From: a virus
Taxonomy: Duplodnaviria > Caudoviricetes
Strand: one strand, 5' to 3'
Length of the DNA: 36,983 bases
Virus record (IMG/VR): IMGVR_UViG_3300020045_019002
Span: 1-36,983 of that record
Shown here: positions 26,588-35,488 of the stretch, in pieces
Numbering within the stretch: position 1 is the stretch's first letter
How the letters are laid out: every line of letters begins with the position of its first letter
The notes under the pieces: generated by a model
What the model was told of the DNA's origin: nothing
The model's input: the letters and a program-made list of their open reading frames with translations, nothing else
Database searches by the model: none
Position numbers and translations under genes: made by a program

Positions 26588-26612
26588 GCCCTGCTTTAAG
26601 CGGGGCTTTTTT
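26588..26612 (+). terminator. Intrinsic terminator after the beta-barrel gene
   Basis: GCCCTGCT-TTA-AGCGGGGC followed by T6. Confidence 0.75.
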
Positions 26613-26673
26613 ACTCAGACGAAGAATTCACTTTTACAGATCCTATCGAGGCTGCTAAACATTACGCTTCGGC

Positions 26674-27159
26674 CTAATTTGCCTCTTCGCTATCGGGCTC
26701 GTTTTCCTCAGCGGGCCTTTTTTTATTTGTGATTGTGAGCATATATTGGGCATTTCCACCAGCGTCTTGATCTTTATCCCATCCATATTTCTTTTGAAAC
26801 TTGTTGCGCATGATGGTTTCCCATGTCTTTGGTGAACCACCCTTTATCTCACCATCTACGAGCTTTTCTCCTCTAGCAAACCACTTCTGAAATGACTTAG
26901 CGTAAGCATCCTTAAGCAAGATGGAATCGAAGATCTTATTTTCAATTAGTTTTTCCATTGTCTCCCAACAACAATGATTCCCTTCATCATCTCGGTAAAA
27001 CCATCCATATTTCGGAATTCCGCTAGCAATATGATCGCAATAACTCTTAAAAGCTTTATTCTTAGATTCTTGTGTTTTCAGTCCTTCCCCGAATTTATTT
27101 CCTAATGACGCCTCAACCTGGCGTTTTGCTTGTTCTTCGTTTAGAAGTGGTGATGGCAT
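26674..27159 (-). CDS. Terminase small subunit (putative), 161 aa
   Basis: Upstream of TerL on the same strand; WETIMRNKFQKKYGWDKD resembles the TerS MKNRFGWRD motif. Confidence 0.7.
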   Translation of the reverse strand: MPSPLLNEEQAKRQVEASLGNKFGEGLKTQESKNKAFKSYCDHIASGIPKYGWFYRDDEGNHCCWETMEKLIENKIFDSILLKDAYAKSFQKWFARGEKLVDGEIKGGSPKTWETIMRNKFQKKYGWDKDQDAGGNAQYMLTITNKKRPAEENEPDSEEAN

Positions 27160-27249
27160 CGCGTAAAATCCTTTTTTAACGAATAATTTACTTGCTAAAT
27201 TAATTCTAATCTATAAAATGTTTTGTTAATTTTAAGCAAGTGGGGGATT

Positions 27250-27495
27250 ATGGCAAGATTATTTGAGGAAGTGGAAAGGGTATTGGTAAAGCACTTAATT
27301 TTTTTAGATGAGGAGGAATACGAGGAACTTGGCGTGTTTTTAGAGGCTCTGTTATTAGAAAAGACTACAAAGCTTCAGGATCCAGAGAAGCGCCGGGAAA
27401 TGTATTCGGCAGTGCGTAAACGACAATTTCAACTCGCGGGCGAGCGCTATATAGCTTCGACGAATAGCCCGCACAAATTTGCGAATCGTTTTTGA
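27250..27495 (+). CDS. Hypothetical protein, 81 aa (3' end overlaps RusA convergently)
   Basis: GGGGG SD before ATG 27250; acidic helical sequence. Confidence 0.45.
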   Translation: MARLFEEVERVLVKHLIFLDEEEYEELGVFLEALLLEKTTKLQDPEKRREMYSAVRKRQFQLAGERYIASTNSPHKFANRF

Positions 27496-27802
27496 GCATG
27501 CCTGCTATTTCTAAAATATCCTCGCTGAATTTTCTGCAATTCGTAAGGTCAGGCTTGGCCACGTGCGGAGTCCTTTCTTGCGCCAGAACGGCCCATTTCT
27601 TTTTAGATGTAGACTTGGGTATTGGCATGTAAAAAGTCATATCGACTCTTACAGGTCCGAAAAACTCCCATATCTTTTGCGATTTGACGCATGCAATGTC
27701 TCGTTTTTTCTCTTTATCCTTTGGATTATAATAGATCGGTCCCCGCTTTCTGGGTGGGGTCCATGGTGTCGGTGGGTATGGTATCGTTATTCGGCATTCC
27801 AT
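27365..27802 (-). CDS. rusA: RusA-family Holliday junction resolvase, 145 aa
   Basis: GPVRVDMTFYMPIPKS...KPDLTNCRKFSEDIL...NDSQI...PRVEI. Confidence 0.9.
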   Translation of the reverse strand: MECRITIPYPPTPWTPPRKRGPIYYNPKDKEKKRDIACVKSQKIWEFFGPVRVDMTFYMPIPKSTSKKKWAVLAQERTPHVAKPDLTNCRKFSEDILEIAGMLKNDSQICAGYSSKLYSARPRVEIVVYALPNTFPGASLDPEAL

Positions 27803-28046
27803 CAGAGTTAAAATTATTTCTTAACTCTTTTTTAGTCCAGAGTATTTTCTCGCCGTTTTTCTTCCACCCCAAATCAGCAAAAGTCACCAGCCCGTTCGAA
27901 AAATCTATGATCCTCAAGGCATGATGATAAGATGGCCTAAGTGTTTTCTTGCGATACCTAAATATAAGCGCCTGAGCGATCCCAAGTTTTTCGCAAAAAT
28001 CCCCAATTTTCATTTGAGTCAATTCTATGTATTTTTCTAGATCCAT
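27726..28046 (-). CDS. Cro/YdaS-like HTH regulator, 106 aa
   Basis: FCEKLGIAQALIFRYRKKTLRPS...ALRIIDFSNGLVTFADL. Confidence 0.75.
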   Translation of the reverse strand: MDLEKYIELTQMKIGDFCEKLGIAQALIFRYRKKTLRPSYHHALRIIDFSNGLVTFADLGWKKNGEKILWTKKELRNNFNSDGMPNNDTIPTDTMDPTQKAGTDLL

Positions 28047-28083
28047 ACACTTTTTTTAGATTTTTGGTTATGTTTAGCAAATA

Positions 28084-28235
28084 AGTGTATGATCAAGTTG
28101 TGTTCAAAGCAAGCGAAAACTCAAGAAAGTTTAACGGGATCATATCCTTTTTTCCACTGCAAAGAAAAAATTTGTACACTTTTTAACAATATTTCATTTG
28201 CCTTAAATTTTCTCACTCTGTACACTTTTTAACAA
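28084..28235. promoter_or_regulatory. Divergent control region with back-to-back promoters and a 17-bp direct repeat
   Basis: Minus: TTGCTT-N17-TACACT (28112-28084). Plus: TTGCCT-N17-TACACT (28198-28226). TGTACACTTTTTAACAA at 28173-28189 and 28219-28235. Confidence 0.7.
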
Positions 28236-28240
28236 AAGGA

Positions 28241-28474
28241 ATGCACATGTCAACACAACCTGGCTTTTCAGAACTACTCGACTCTTTCGGAAAGCATTTA
28301 GGCTCTCTTGATCATGCGCTACTACAATTTAAGGAACATCCTATGTACGCAGAATGGCTAGACAACGATGAAGTAAACGTCACGAAATGCATTTGCAACG
28401 AAGATGATTGCAAAGAGTGCAACGATGAAGCTGACGAAATTATTGATGATTTAATAGCTGAGCTTTATGAGTAA
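28241..28474 (+). CDS. Acidic hypothetical protein with a CxC...CxxC motif, 77 aa
   Basis: CICNEDDCKEC; first gene of the rightward operon. Confidence 0.6.
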   Translation: MHMSTQPGFSELLDSFGKHLGSLDHALLQFKEHPMYAEWLDNDEVNVTKCICNEDDCKECNDEADEIIDDLIAELYE

Positions 28475-29255
28475 ACAACAAAAGGGGGAATTTATGGAAA
28501 ATAAGATTGTAAGTATGTCTAACGATATCGAGAACAAAAAGGAGTTGCTCAAGGCAACGATCTGCAAGGGAGCTAGTGACGATGAGTTTGAACTTTTCGT
28601 GCATGCATGTAAGCGCACTGGTTTAGATCCGTTCATGAAACAAGTCTACGCTGTTAAGCGATGGGACAGTTCGCTAGGTCGTCAAGCGCTTACCATCCAA
28701 ACGTCGATCGATGGCTTTCGCTTAATCGCGGAAAGAACAGGTCGTTACTCACCAGGGAAAGAGACAAAGTTCGAGTATGACGAAAATAAAAATCTCATTT
28801 CTGCAACCGCCTACGTCAAGAAAATGACGGCTGATGGAACTTGGCACGAAGTATCCGCGACAGCTTTCTTTGAGGAATATGCACAAAAAAGCAAAGAGGG
28901 AAAGCTAACGTCATTTTGGGCAAAAATGCCAAAAACGATGCTTGCGAAATGCAGCGAAGCTCTTGCCTTAAGACGCGGCTTTCCGGCTGAACTATCAGGA
29001 CTTTATACAACCGATGAGATGCAACAAGCAAATTCAAAAGATCCTGCTATCGAGGTTGTCTCCGCCGTAGAATATTTATCTCACGAGCAACTCGATGAAA
29101 TCGAGGAACTCATCGGAAACGACGCCGCCCTTTTATCCAAGATTCTGGGTTGGCTCAAAATTGAGAGCTTAGCTGCAATGCCAACATCTCGCTTTGCTGC
29201 TTGCAAGGCGTGGGTAGAAAAACAATTAACAACACAAGAGGCAGCTCATGGCTAA
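28467..29255 (+). CDS. bet: Phage recombination protein Bet (RecT family single-strand annealing protein)
   Basis: CKRTGLDPFMKQVYAVKR, IDGFRLIAERTG, WAKMPKTMLAKCSEALALRRGFP, SGLYTTDEM; start may be ATG 28494. Confidence 0.95.
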   Translation: MSKQQKGEFMENKIVSMSNDIENKKELLKATICKGASDDEFELFVHACKRTGLDPFMKQVYAVKRWDSSLGRQALTIQTSIDGFRLIAERTGRYSPGKETKFEYDENKNLISATAYVKKMTADGTWHEVSATAFFEEYAQKSKEGKLTSFWAKMPKTMLAKCSEALALRRGFPAELSGLYTTDEMQQANSKDPAIEVVSAVEYLSHEQLDEIEELIGNDAALLSKILGWLKIESLAAMPTSRFAACKAWVEKQLTTQEAAHG

Positions 29256-30111
29256 CAGTTCACTAATTCAGGGCTCGTCAGAATGGCTATCCTTCCGCAA
29301 AGATAAGATTGGCGCGTCTGATCTGCCCGCTATCATGGGATGCAGTCCCTGGACTACTCCATATCAACTGTGGCAACTAAAAACGGGCCGTATTCCTGAT
29401 AAGAATGTGTCTTTTGCTATGCAACGAGGTGTGCATTTAGAGCCTATTGCCCGCTCGCTTGCTGAGAGCCACTTTAAAACGCCTCTTGAGCCTCTGGTTA
29501 AGATTCACCCCAATGAATGGGCGATCGCCTCTTTAGACGCTGTTTCTATCGACGGCGATCTTGTTGTCGAAATCAAATGCCCTGGCGAAAAGTGGCATCT
29601 TGAGACAATTGAGAGTAAAAAAGTTCCGTATCACTATGAAGTTCAGTGCCAATGGCAGCTTTTTGTAACTGATCTAGATCACATGTATTACATGAGCTAC
29701 TCTGAAGATTGCTATGAGATCATCGAAGTGAAGCGCAATGATATCCTCATCCAAGAGATGGAAGAAAAAGCTTTTGAGTTCTTGCAATGCGTCTTGAATG
29801 ATACACCTCCGGAAGCATCAGAGGGAGATTCTATTTACATTGATACATCTAATCACGAGGAGCTTAAAAAAAGAGCGCGCCACGTCCAGGCTCAATATGA
29901 ACACTTCAAGGCAGAGTTTGAAAAGGTTAAGCAAGAAATCTTAGATCTTACCGATGGCGGTAAATGTGAGAGCGACTTTTTCAGGGTGTGGCAGCAAATC
30001 TCTCAAAGAATTGATTATGAGAAAATGATCAAAGAACTTAAGATCGATCCTTTAACAGTCGAGCTCTACAAAAAACCGCCGACTGTCTCTTCAAGAGTTA
30101 AAATAATCTAG
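29248..30111 (+). CDS. YqaJ/lambda-exonuclease family protein, 287 aa
   Basis: QGSSEWLSFRKDKIGASD, RGVHLEP, ASLDA, EIKCP, YEVQCQWQL. Confidence 0.95.
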   Translation: MANSSLIQGSSEWLSFRKDKIGASDLPAIMGCSPWTTPYQLWQLKTGRIPDKNVSFAMQRGVHLEPIARSLAESHFKTPLEPLVKIHPNEWAIASLDAVSIDGDLVVEIKCPGEKWHLETIESKKVPYHYEVQCQWQLFVTDLDHMYYMSYSEDCYEIIEVKRNDILIQEMEEKAFEFLQCVLNDTPPEASEGDSIYIDTSNHEELKKRARHVQAQYEHFKAEFEKVKQEILDLTDGGKCESDFFRVWQQISQRIDYEKMIKELKIDPLTVELYKKPPTVSSRVKII

Positions 30112-30126
30112 CTTCCTTTCGTTGGG

Positions 30127-30149
30127 GGGCTCTTCGGGGGCCCTTTTTT
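30127..30149 (+). terminator. Intrinsic terminator
   Basis: GGGCTC-TTCG-GGGCCC followed by T6. Confidence 0.85.
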
Positions 30150-30360
30150 CTAAACGACTCACATTCAATTGTTAATTCTAAAAATCAGCCAAAATCGCTT
30201 TGTCTTTTTTGACAAGTAAATTTTTTAGCCTAACGCTTAAATTCTTTTCTAGACTATTTTTTGAAAAAGAAAAGCCCCCGCACAGGGCAGGGGCTAAATC
30301 CTAAAGGTAACCTTCCGAGAAAGTTGTGTTACCTTCAATACCTAACCAAAGGCGGTAGCC

Positions 30361-31239
30361 ATGGTAGCTGATCTTAATAATAATAATCAAACATCTTCAG
30401 AAAAAAATCAAACATCAATTCAAAGATCACTTCATGATCGTCGCAATCCTTATGCTCAGATCAATCGCTCACTTCTACAAAACACAAAGTTGACCTGGGG
30501 GGCGCGAGGTCTTTTAGCCTATCTTCTAAGCCTTCCGGATGATTGGAAAATTTCAATGGTCCATCTTGTTACGCAAGCTCCTGAGGGGAAAGATGCCGTT
30601 CGTTCTCTTTTTAGAATCCTCGAAAGTGAAGGGTATGCCACCAGGGAAAAATTTGCCGACCCTATATTTCCAGGTCTTGTTCGTGAACGATGGATAATCA
30701 GTGAAGAGCCCAGATTCAAAAAATTTTTGCCAGATGCGGGTTTCCCGACGCCGGATGAGCCAACGGCGGATGACCCGCCAGTACTAAAGAAAGAGAGTAC
30801 TAAAGAGATATATACTAAGAAAGAAATCCCCCTAAAGGGGGATAAAGAAAGAAACGACGCTGATGCGTCGGCCGCGGCTAAAGCCGCTCCCTTTCCAATT
30901 AAGAAAAAACCTCTTGATAAGATCAAATTCCAGGAACATGTGTTTCTGACCAAAGAGGAGTATGAGAAGCTCATGAAGAAATTCGGAGAGGCTGGAACCA
31001 AACACAGAATTGAAAAACTTAACGCCTATGTGGGAAGCAAGAACAAACGATATGCCTCGCATTACCATACGATCTTGGCTTGGGACTTAAGAGACGCGGA
31101 AGAAGCTCAAAAAAAGGCTTCAATTGCAAAAAAAGCAGAAACTGATAGACCATCTGGCATAAGTTATCGAGTTCCCAAGTGGGTTCAAGACAAATTCGAT
31201 AAGGAAAAACTAGAAAAAGAGAGAAAAAATGAGCAATAA
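30361..31239 (+). CDS. Phage replication initiator (winged-HTH), 292 aa
   Basis: YAQINRSLLQNTKLTWGARGLLAYLLSLPDDWKIS...; Pro-rich linker; directly upstream of the DnaC-like gene. Confidence 0.85.
   Translation: MVADLNNNNQTSSEKNQTSIQRSLHDRRNPYAQINRSLLQNTKLTWGARGLLAYLLSLPDDWKISMVHLVTQAPEGKDAVRSLFRILESEGYATREKFADPIFPGLVRERWIISEEPRFKKFLPDAGFPTPDEPTADDPPVLKKESTKEIYTKKEIPLKGDKERNDADASAAAKAAPFPIKKKPLDKIKFQEHVFLTKEEYEKLMKKFGEAGTKHRIEKLNAYVGSKNKRYASHYHTILAWDLRDAEEAQKKASIAKKAETDRPSGISYRVPKWVQDKFDKEKLEKERKNEQ
30729..30825. repeat. Candidate replication origin: short iteron-like repeats inside the initiator gene
   Basis: GCCAGATG/GCCGGATGA/GGCGGATGA, then A-rich GTACTAAAGA x2 and TACTAAGA. Confidence 0.45.
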
Positions 31240-31792
31240 ATGGAATCCAGTCGAACGATTCGTAGACTCTAAATATTTAAACGCTTCATTGAGCACTACG
31301 CTATTGACTGAAAAGCATCAGAAGGTTCTAGAAGAATGGATAAAAGAAAAAAAAGGTTTTTTGATATACCTGGGAGTTCCTGGTTGTGGAAAAACATATA
31401 CATCAATAAGTTGTGCTCGTTTTTTATTCAATCAATTGAAAAAAATAGATGTTTATCCTTCTGTTTTTTATTATCCAATAAGAGATCTTTATGCTGAATT
31501 AAAAAACTTATATTCAAATAAACAATCCGACTTCAGTTTAAAGGAAAGATTGAAGACTGCTGATTTTTTAGCTCTGGATGATATTGGTTCTTCACGTCTT
31601 TCGGATTGGGAAAAAGAAATTATTTTAGATGTCATCGATGGTCGCTATTCAAGAGAAAAACATACTATCATAACCTCAAATCTTCGAGCTAGCGATTTCA
31701 AGGAATATTTTGATGAAAGAACATCATCAAGGCTGCTTGATAAAAATAACTTTTACATTGAGGACTGGGAAAATGATTATCGTCGCATGTGA
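31229..31792 (+). CDS. DnaC/IstB-like AAA+ ATPase (helicase loader), 187 aa
   Basis: Walker A GVPGCGKT, Walker B FLALDDIG, TIITSNL, SRL, DYR. Confidence 0.92.
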   Translation: MSNKWNPVERFVDSKYLNASLSTTLLTEKHQKVLEEWIKEKKGFLIYLGVPGCGKTYTSISCARFLFNQLKKIDVYPSVFYYPIRDLYAELKNLYSNKQSDFSLKERLKTADFLALDDIGSSRLSDWEKEIILDVIDGRYSREKHTIITSNLRASDFKEYFDERTSSRLLDKNNFYIEDWENDYRRM

Positions 31793-31855
31793 AAATTTCT
31801 GTAGACGCTATTTTAGAAAAGGGTTAAAAAAGTTTTTTAACTGTGTGTCGTAAAA

Positions 31856-32128
31856 ATGGACAACTTAAACAACCCTTTCTGGCAAAATCTTCAAATAGCG
31901 AGGATCTACCATGATAAAGTCGCTAGCTGCTACAGCGATAGCTTCAGTGCAAACATCGATGAAAAGAGAATCCCCCCGCACATTCTGTTCAAGAAAATCA
32001 TCCCAGATACAACGCCTTGTGATTCGAGCCATCTTAGAGAAATCTCTCTTTCCCTACCTTCGCCAGAATTCGCAAAAAAAGTTGAACGAGCATTCATGGA
32101 ATTTGCATTAGGAGCTAACGATGCTTAA
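31856..32128 (+). CDS. Hypothetical protein, 90 aa
   Basis: ORF whose stop overlaps the next gene's start. Confidence 0.5.
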   Translation: MDNLNNPFWQNLQIARIYHDKVASCYSDSFSANIDEKRIPPHILFKKIIPDTTPCDSSHLREISLSLPSPEFAKKVERAFMEFALGANDA

Positions 32129-32411
32129 CGTGATTAATGTCAGACTTGTCGATAAAGGGGTTCTAGTTGCCTTTTTCGACGTTGAGATACCTCAGTGGCA
32201 CATTACTATCTATGGTTGCCAGCACTTCAAAAAAGAGGCACGCCAATGGGTTTCTTTGCCATCTCGCAAGGTTGATGGAAAGGATGGCAAGACAACTTAC
32301 CTTCCGTACATCAAATTTTCAGATGTTGTAAAGAAAAAATTTGAAGAGGCGTGTTTAGCAGAACTCGCTAAACAATCCACTATGCCAACACAACAAGATC
32401 TAGGTTTTTAG
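32121..32411 (+). CDS. SpoVG-like nucleic-acid-binding protein, 96 aa
   Basis: VAFFDVEI...ITIYG...WVSLPSRK...YLPYIKF; SD AGGAG. Confidence 0.7.
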   Translation: MLNVINVRLVDKGVLVAFFDVEIPQWHITIYGCQHFKKEARQWVSLPSRKVDGKDGKTTYLPYIKFSDVVKKKFEEACLAELAKQSTMPTQQDLGF

Positions 32412-32743
32412 CATCCATTTACACAAAATATTGAGCAATATTCGTATGCGTCGTGCTTTGACTTCTCTTGATCAGATGGTCCTTCTTGTTCCTCGGTCTT
32501 TTTTTCCCTAAGAATCGTTTTTCCGTCTTCCTCGATTACCTCATATTGGGTATTATCTTCTTCGTCAGGAGCCCAGATCGGAAACTTTTCCCACCAATAT
32601 TTCACGATCAGGGGAGGATAGATATGACATAACACACTGTGGTTTAGTAATATTATGATTATAAGAATGGATAAGAAGACAGAGTAAATGATCTTACGGG
32701 CGTTGTATTTCAAGCAATTACGTATTCTGTAACCAATATACAT
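32408..32743 (-). CDS. Small membrane protein with acidic tail (start uncertain)
   Basis: TM IIYSVFLSILIIIILL; follows the fibre gene. Confidence 0.45.
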   Translation of the reverse strand: MYIGYRIRNCLKYNARKIIYSVFLSILIIIILLNHSVLCHIYPPLIVKYWWEKFPIWAPDEEDNTQYEVIEEDGKTILREKKTEEQEGPSDQEKSKHDAYEYCSIFCVNGC

Positions 32744-33585
32744 CCTATGGTCCCAGCTCCTCCGGCAAACGCAGAACCGGAAGAAATATAATTAGAACTT
32801 CCTCCTCCTCCCGCTCCATATCCAAATGCATTAGTTCCATTTGCGCCAAGGCCAGACCAATATCCTGTCCCACCTGATCCAAAAGGAGAATTTCCTCCAG
32901 CTCCACCTAAAACAAGAACTCCTGTGAAGCTCCCTTGTCCTTGCTGGCCTTGCCAACCTTTTACATGATACGTTCCACCTGATCCACCAGTGCCCCCCGT
33001 TCCAGGCCCTGCTGAAGAACTTGCCCCTGCTGCTCCGAATGCTCCTCCTAGTCCTCCTCCTGCCGTCAGCAATGCCCCTAAGCTTGTTGTAGATCCGTTA
33101 TTCCCTGCAGCTCCAGAAACCCCCGTCCCGCCAGCTCCACATGTCACTGCTTGTGATACCCCTATTGTCGCTGCTGAAAAAACTCCCTCTGCGTACTCGC
33201 CACCTCCACCTCCACCACCTACGCTTGTTTGCCCTGCGCCTGTCGCTGCGCATCCACCCCCAGCCCCACCACCCCCAACTAGTTTAACTTCACAATAAAC
33301 CATGCCTGCTGTTGGCGTGTAGGTTCCGTTGGTGATAAAAAATTGCTGCACTACGCTCAATTCTCTCATAGCAAGCGTTCCTGTACTATTCGTAGCTGGG
33401 AATTTGCTGTTAGCTGTAGTTAGCTGTCCGACTACATTTGTCGCAGTAGAGTAAAGAATCTGCTGCGATGTAGTCGTTGCGGGATAAGTAGCCGTTGAAA
33501 ATGCCGATGTTGTTCCAACACCTTGGCCCTGAAGCACTGTTCCGGCTGCTGCTGTTGGTTCATTGATTGAATTGTTTGTGGTCAT
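32710..33585 (-). CDS. Glycine-rich tail fibre protein, 291 aa
   Basis: FITNGTYTPTAG...VKLVGGGGAGG...GGGGGGGEYA...GCILVTEY, a typical phage Gly-rich fibre domain. Confidence 0.85.
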   Translation of the reverse strand: MTTNNSINEPTAAAGTVLQGQGVGTTSAFSTATYPATTTSQQILYSTATNVVGQLTTANSKFPATNSTGTLAMRELSVVQQFFITNGTYTPTAGMVYCEVKLVGGGGAGGGCAATGAGQTSVGGGGGGGEYAEGVFSAATIGVSQAVTCGAGGTGVSGAAGNNGSTTSLGALLTAGGGLGGAFGAAGASSSAGPGTGGTGGSGGTYHVKGWQGQQGQGSFTGVLVLGGAGGNSPFGSGGTGYWSGLGANGTNAFGYGAGGGGSSNYISSGSAFAGGAGTIGCILVTEYVIA

Positions 33586-33621
33586 GAATTTCTCCTAATA
33601 ATTAGCATCTCTCCAAATGCA

Positions 33622-34155
33622 CTACACAATTGTTATATTACCTTGCTTTGCACTAGCTATCCAATGCGTCCCGCTAACATCACAAACGAGCTGTATCCAA
33701 TCCCCTTGCGCCGTTGATGCAAGGCTTCCGCCTACGCCTAGCGTCGTCTGTACATTACCCAATCGGATTCTTTGCCCAGCGCCCTGTGTAATCGTCCAAG
33801 ATGTAGCTCCACTTAAATTTACCTCGATTGTGTCTCCAACCGCCGCCGCCGCCGGAAGAGAAAGCGAGATTGCGCCTCCACCAGTACCACAAATATAACC
33901 TATTCCGTTGACTAAGGCCTGAGAAGCTATAATATACTGCCATGACAAAGAAGAACCAGCTATTCCTATAGTGATCGATCCAGAGCCGTTTGTTATAGAA
34001 ATTCCAGTGCCTGCAGTGATTGTAGCCCCTACAGGATTTAAGCCCGTTCTACCTATAATTATTTTTCCATCTGCATCAAGATCGCCAACAAGGGGTTTTG
34101 TTGCTGCAAAACTGATATTGTTCATCCAGCCAATGCCGTTAATCCATCCTGGCAT
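33622..34155 (-). CDS. Tail fibre-associated protein, 177 aa
   Basis: ITAGTGISITNGSGSITI; LSLPAAAAVGDTIEV; IQLVC...W motifs. Confidence 0.7.
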   Translation of the reverse strand: MPGWINGIGWMNNISFAATKPLVGDLDADGKIIIGRTGLNPVGATITAGTGISITNGSGSITIGIAGSSLSWQYIIASQALVNGIGYICGTGGGAISLSLPAAAAVGDTIEVNLSGATSWTITQGAGQRIRLGNVQTTLGVGGSLASTAQGDWIQLVCDVSGTHWIASAKQGNITIV

Positions 34156-34165
34156 AGTTAATCTC

Positions 34166-34768
34166 CTAAGTTACTAGCGAATATTCGTATGCTATTCGCC
34201 AATTTATGGTTTTTCCGGCTATTCCAAGCACCCTTATGATTCCGTTATTGCCTGATATGACAAAGGTTACGTCGCATGACAACATCGCTGCTTCTTCAAA
34301 GTCTTCAGTTACTTCAGATGCAATCTCAATACCCGCGACTCCTGTTGTCCTAGCCGAAGAACTTACGAAATAGCCCCCACCAGCCCCGTCTGTGGTATTA
34401 AATCCGACAACGTGCCCTTCTAAAACATACACACCAGCTACTGCTCCTAGGTTTATGGTCACTATGTCCGATGTAACAGCGCCTATGGTTTGCGTTGTAG
34501 CGGATGCTTTATAATTATTTGCGTTAAGTTGATAAACTGGAGATGTTACACTTGTTGCCAGAGTGATTGCAGAATCTAGATTTATTGTAATCGTGCTTCC
34601 AGCTCCGGAAGTTCCTATATTTGTTCCTCCAGCTAGGGTAATATTTCCAGCTGTTGGCGATATTGCGCCCCCTGCATCTCCAGTGAGTGTTTCCACGTCT
34701 CCAACAGGCCCAATATCGGCTTCAAAGGCATCTAGTCGTTTTGAGAACGGATTGAGTATAAATCTCAT
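34166..34768 (-). CDS. Tail fibre-associated protein, 200 aa
   Basis: Shares the TLTGDAGGAI-P--GNITLAGGTNIG...AITLATSVTSP-Y module with the protein at 1-792. Confidence 0.7.
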   Translation of the reverse strand: MRFILNPFSKRLDAFEADIGPVGDVETLTGDAGGAISPTAGNITLAGGTNIGTSGAGSTITINLDSAITLATSVTSPVYQLNANNYKASATTQTIGAVTSDIVTINLGAVAGVYVLEGHVVGFNTTDGAGGGYFVSSSARTTGVAGIEIASEVTEDFEEAAMLSCDVTFVISGNNGIIRVLGIAGKTINWRIAYEYSLVT

Positions 34769-34785
34769 AATATTAATACCTTATG

Positions 34786-35076
34786 TTATGCGTAAGTATA
34801 CCCAGCTCTTCCACTCCAAGTAAATTCGTAGTCAGACGAAACAGTTCCATCAGAATTTATCGGATACTCGATGTGAGTAAGATTATTACTGCCATCATAG
34901 GTCATGCGCCTAAGCTGCCATACAGCCTGGGCTTCGGTTGAACCAGGTCTTGCAAATCCAGCATAGATCAGATTTGTGCCTGTGTATGCTCCGCGGAATG
35001 TAGTCCACAATTCCGAATCCTGTATGGGGCGGAAATTTCCATCTGTTTGGGTAAGAGGACGTGATTTACGTGACAT
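34786..35076 (-). CDS. Small putative virion protein, 96 aa
   Basis: SD AAGGAG; YAGFARPGS...AVWQLRRM...W--RA-YTY. Confidence 0.65.
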   Translation of the reverse strand: MSRKSRPLTQTDGNFRPIQDSELWTTFRGAYTGTNLIYAGFARPGSTEAQAVWQLRRMTYDGSNNLTHIEYPINSDGTVSSDYEFTWSGRAGYTYA

Positions 35077-35195
35077 CGCTTCTCCTTTCGGGTTTTCTCA
35101 GCCAGAAGGCTGGTAATTATTTTTTTGATGTGTTATCTCCTTTGTAAAAGAAAAGAATTGTTTTGTAAATAAATTATTTTACTAGGAGTGTCACT

Positions 35196-35432
35196 ATGTC
35201 AAAAAAAGAAAAAGAGAAACAAGAAGATCCTCATTACATTCAAACGCTTACGACTCAACATTATAGTATTTTTTTTAAAGGATCATTGTACGAATTTTAT
35301 TTCAATCCACACAGAACAATCGATGAGAATATCGAGGCATTAGAATATCTTTTAAAGCATGCAAAAAATACACGAGATGTAGTTGAGATTGAAGAACAAC
35401 TCTCAAAACAAGAAGAAGACGTTATCGATTAA
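35196..35432 (+). CDS. Hypothetical protein, 78 aa
   Basis: SD AGGAG; ends at a terminator hairpin. Confidence 0.65.
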   Translation: MSKKEKEKQEDPHYIQTLTTQHYSIFFKGSLYEFYFNPHRTIDENIEALEYLLKHAKNTRDVVEIEEQLSKQEEDVID

Positions 35433-35434
35433 TC

Positions 35435-35462
35435 AAAAAAAAAGGCTCCCGAAGGAGCCTTT
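35435..35462. terminator. Terminator between convergent genes (strong on the minus strand)
   Basis: A9-GGCTCC-CGAA-GGAGCC-TTT, i.e. a TTCG loop plus T9 on the minus strand. Confidence 0.85.
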
Positions 35463-35488
35463 AACCAAAGACAAAGTTAATTGCTTAA

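Noticed and set aside
30519-31068. Minus-strand ORFs of 160 and 78 aa
   Set aside because: Antisense to the well-supported replication initiator, with no motifs.
31229-31792. IstB-like ATPase as part of an IS21 element
   Set aside because: No IstA transposase or terminal inverted repeats; its position after the initiator indicates a helicase loader.
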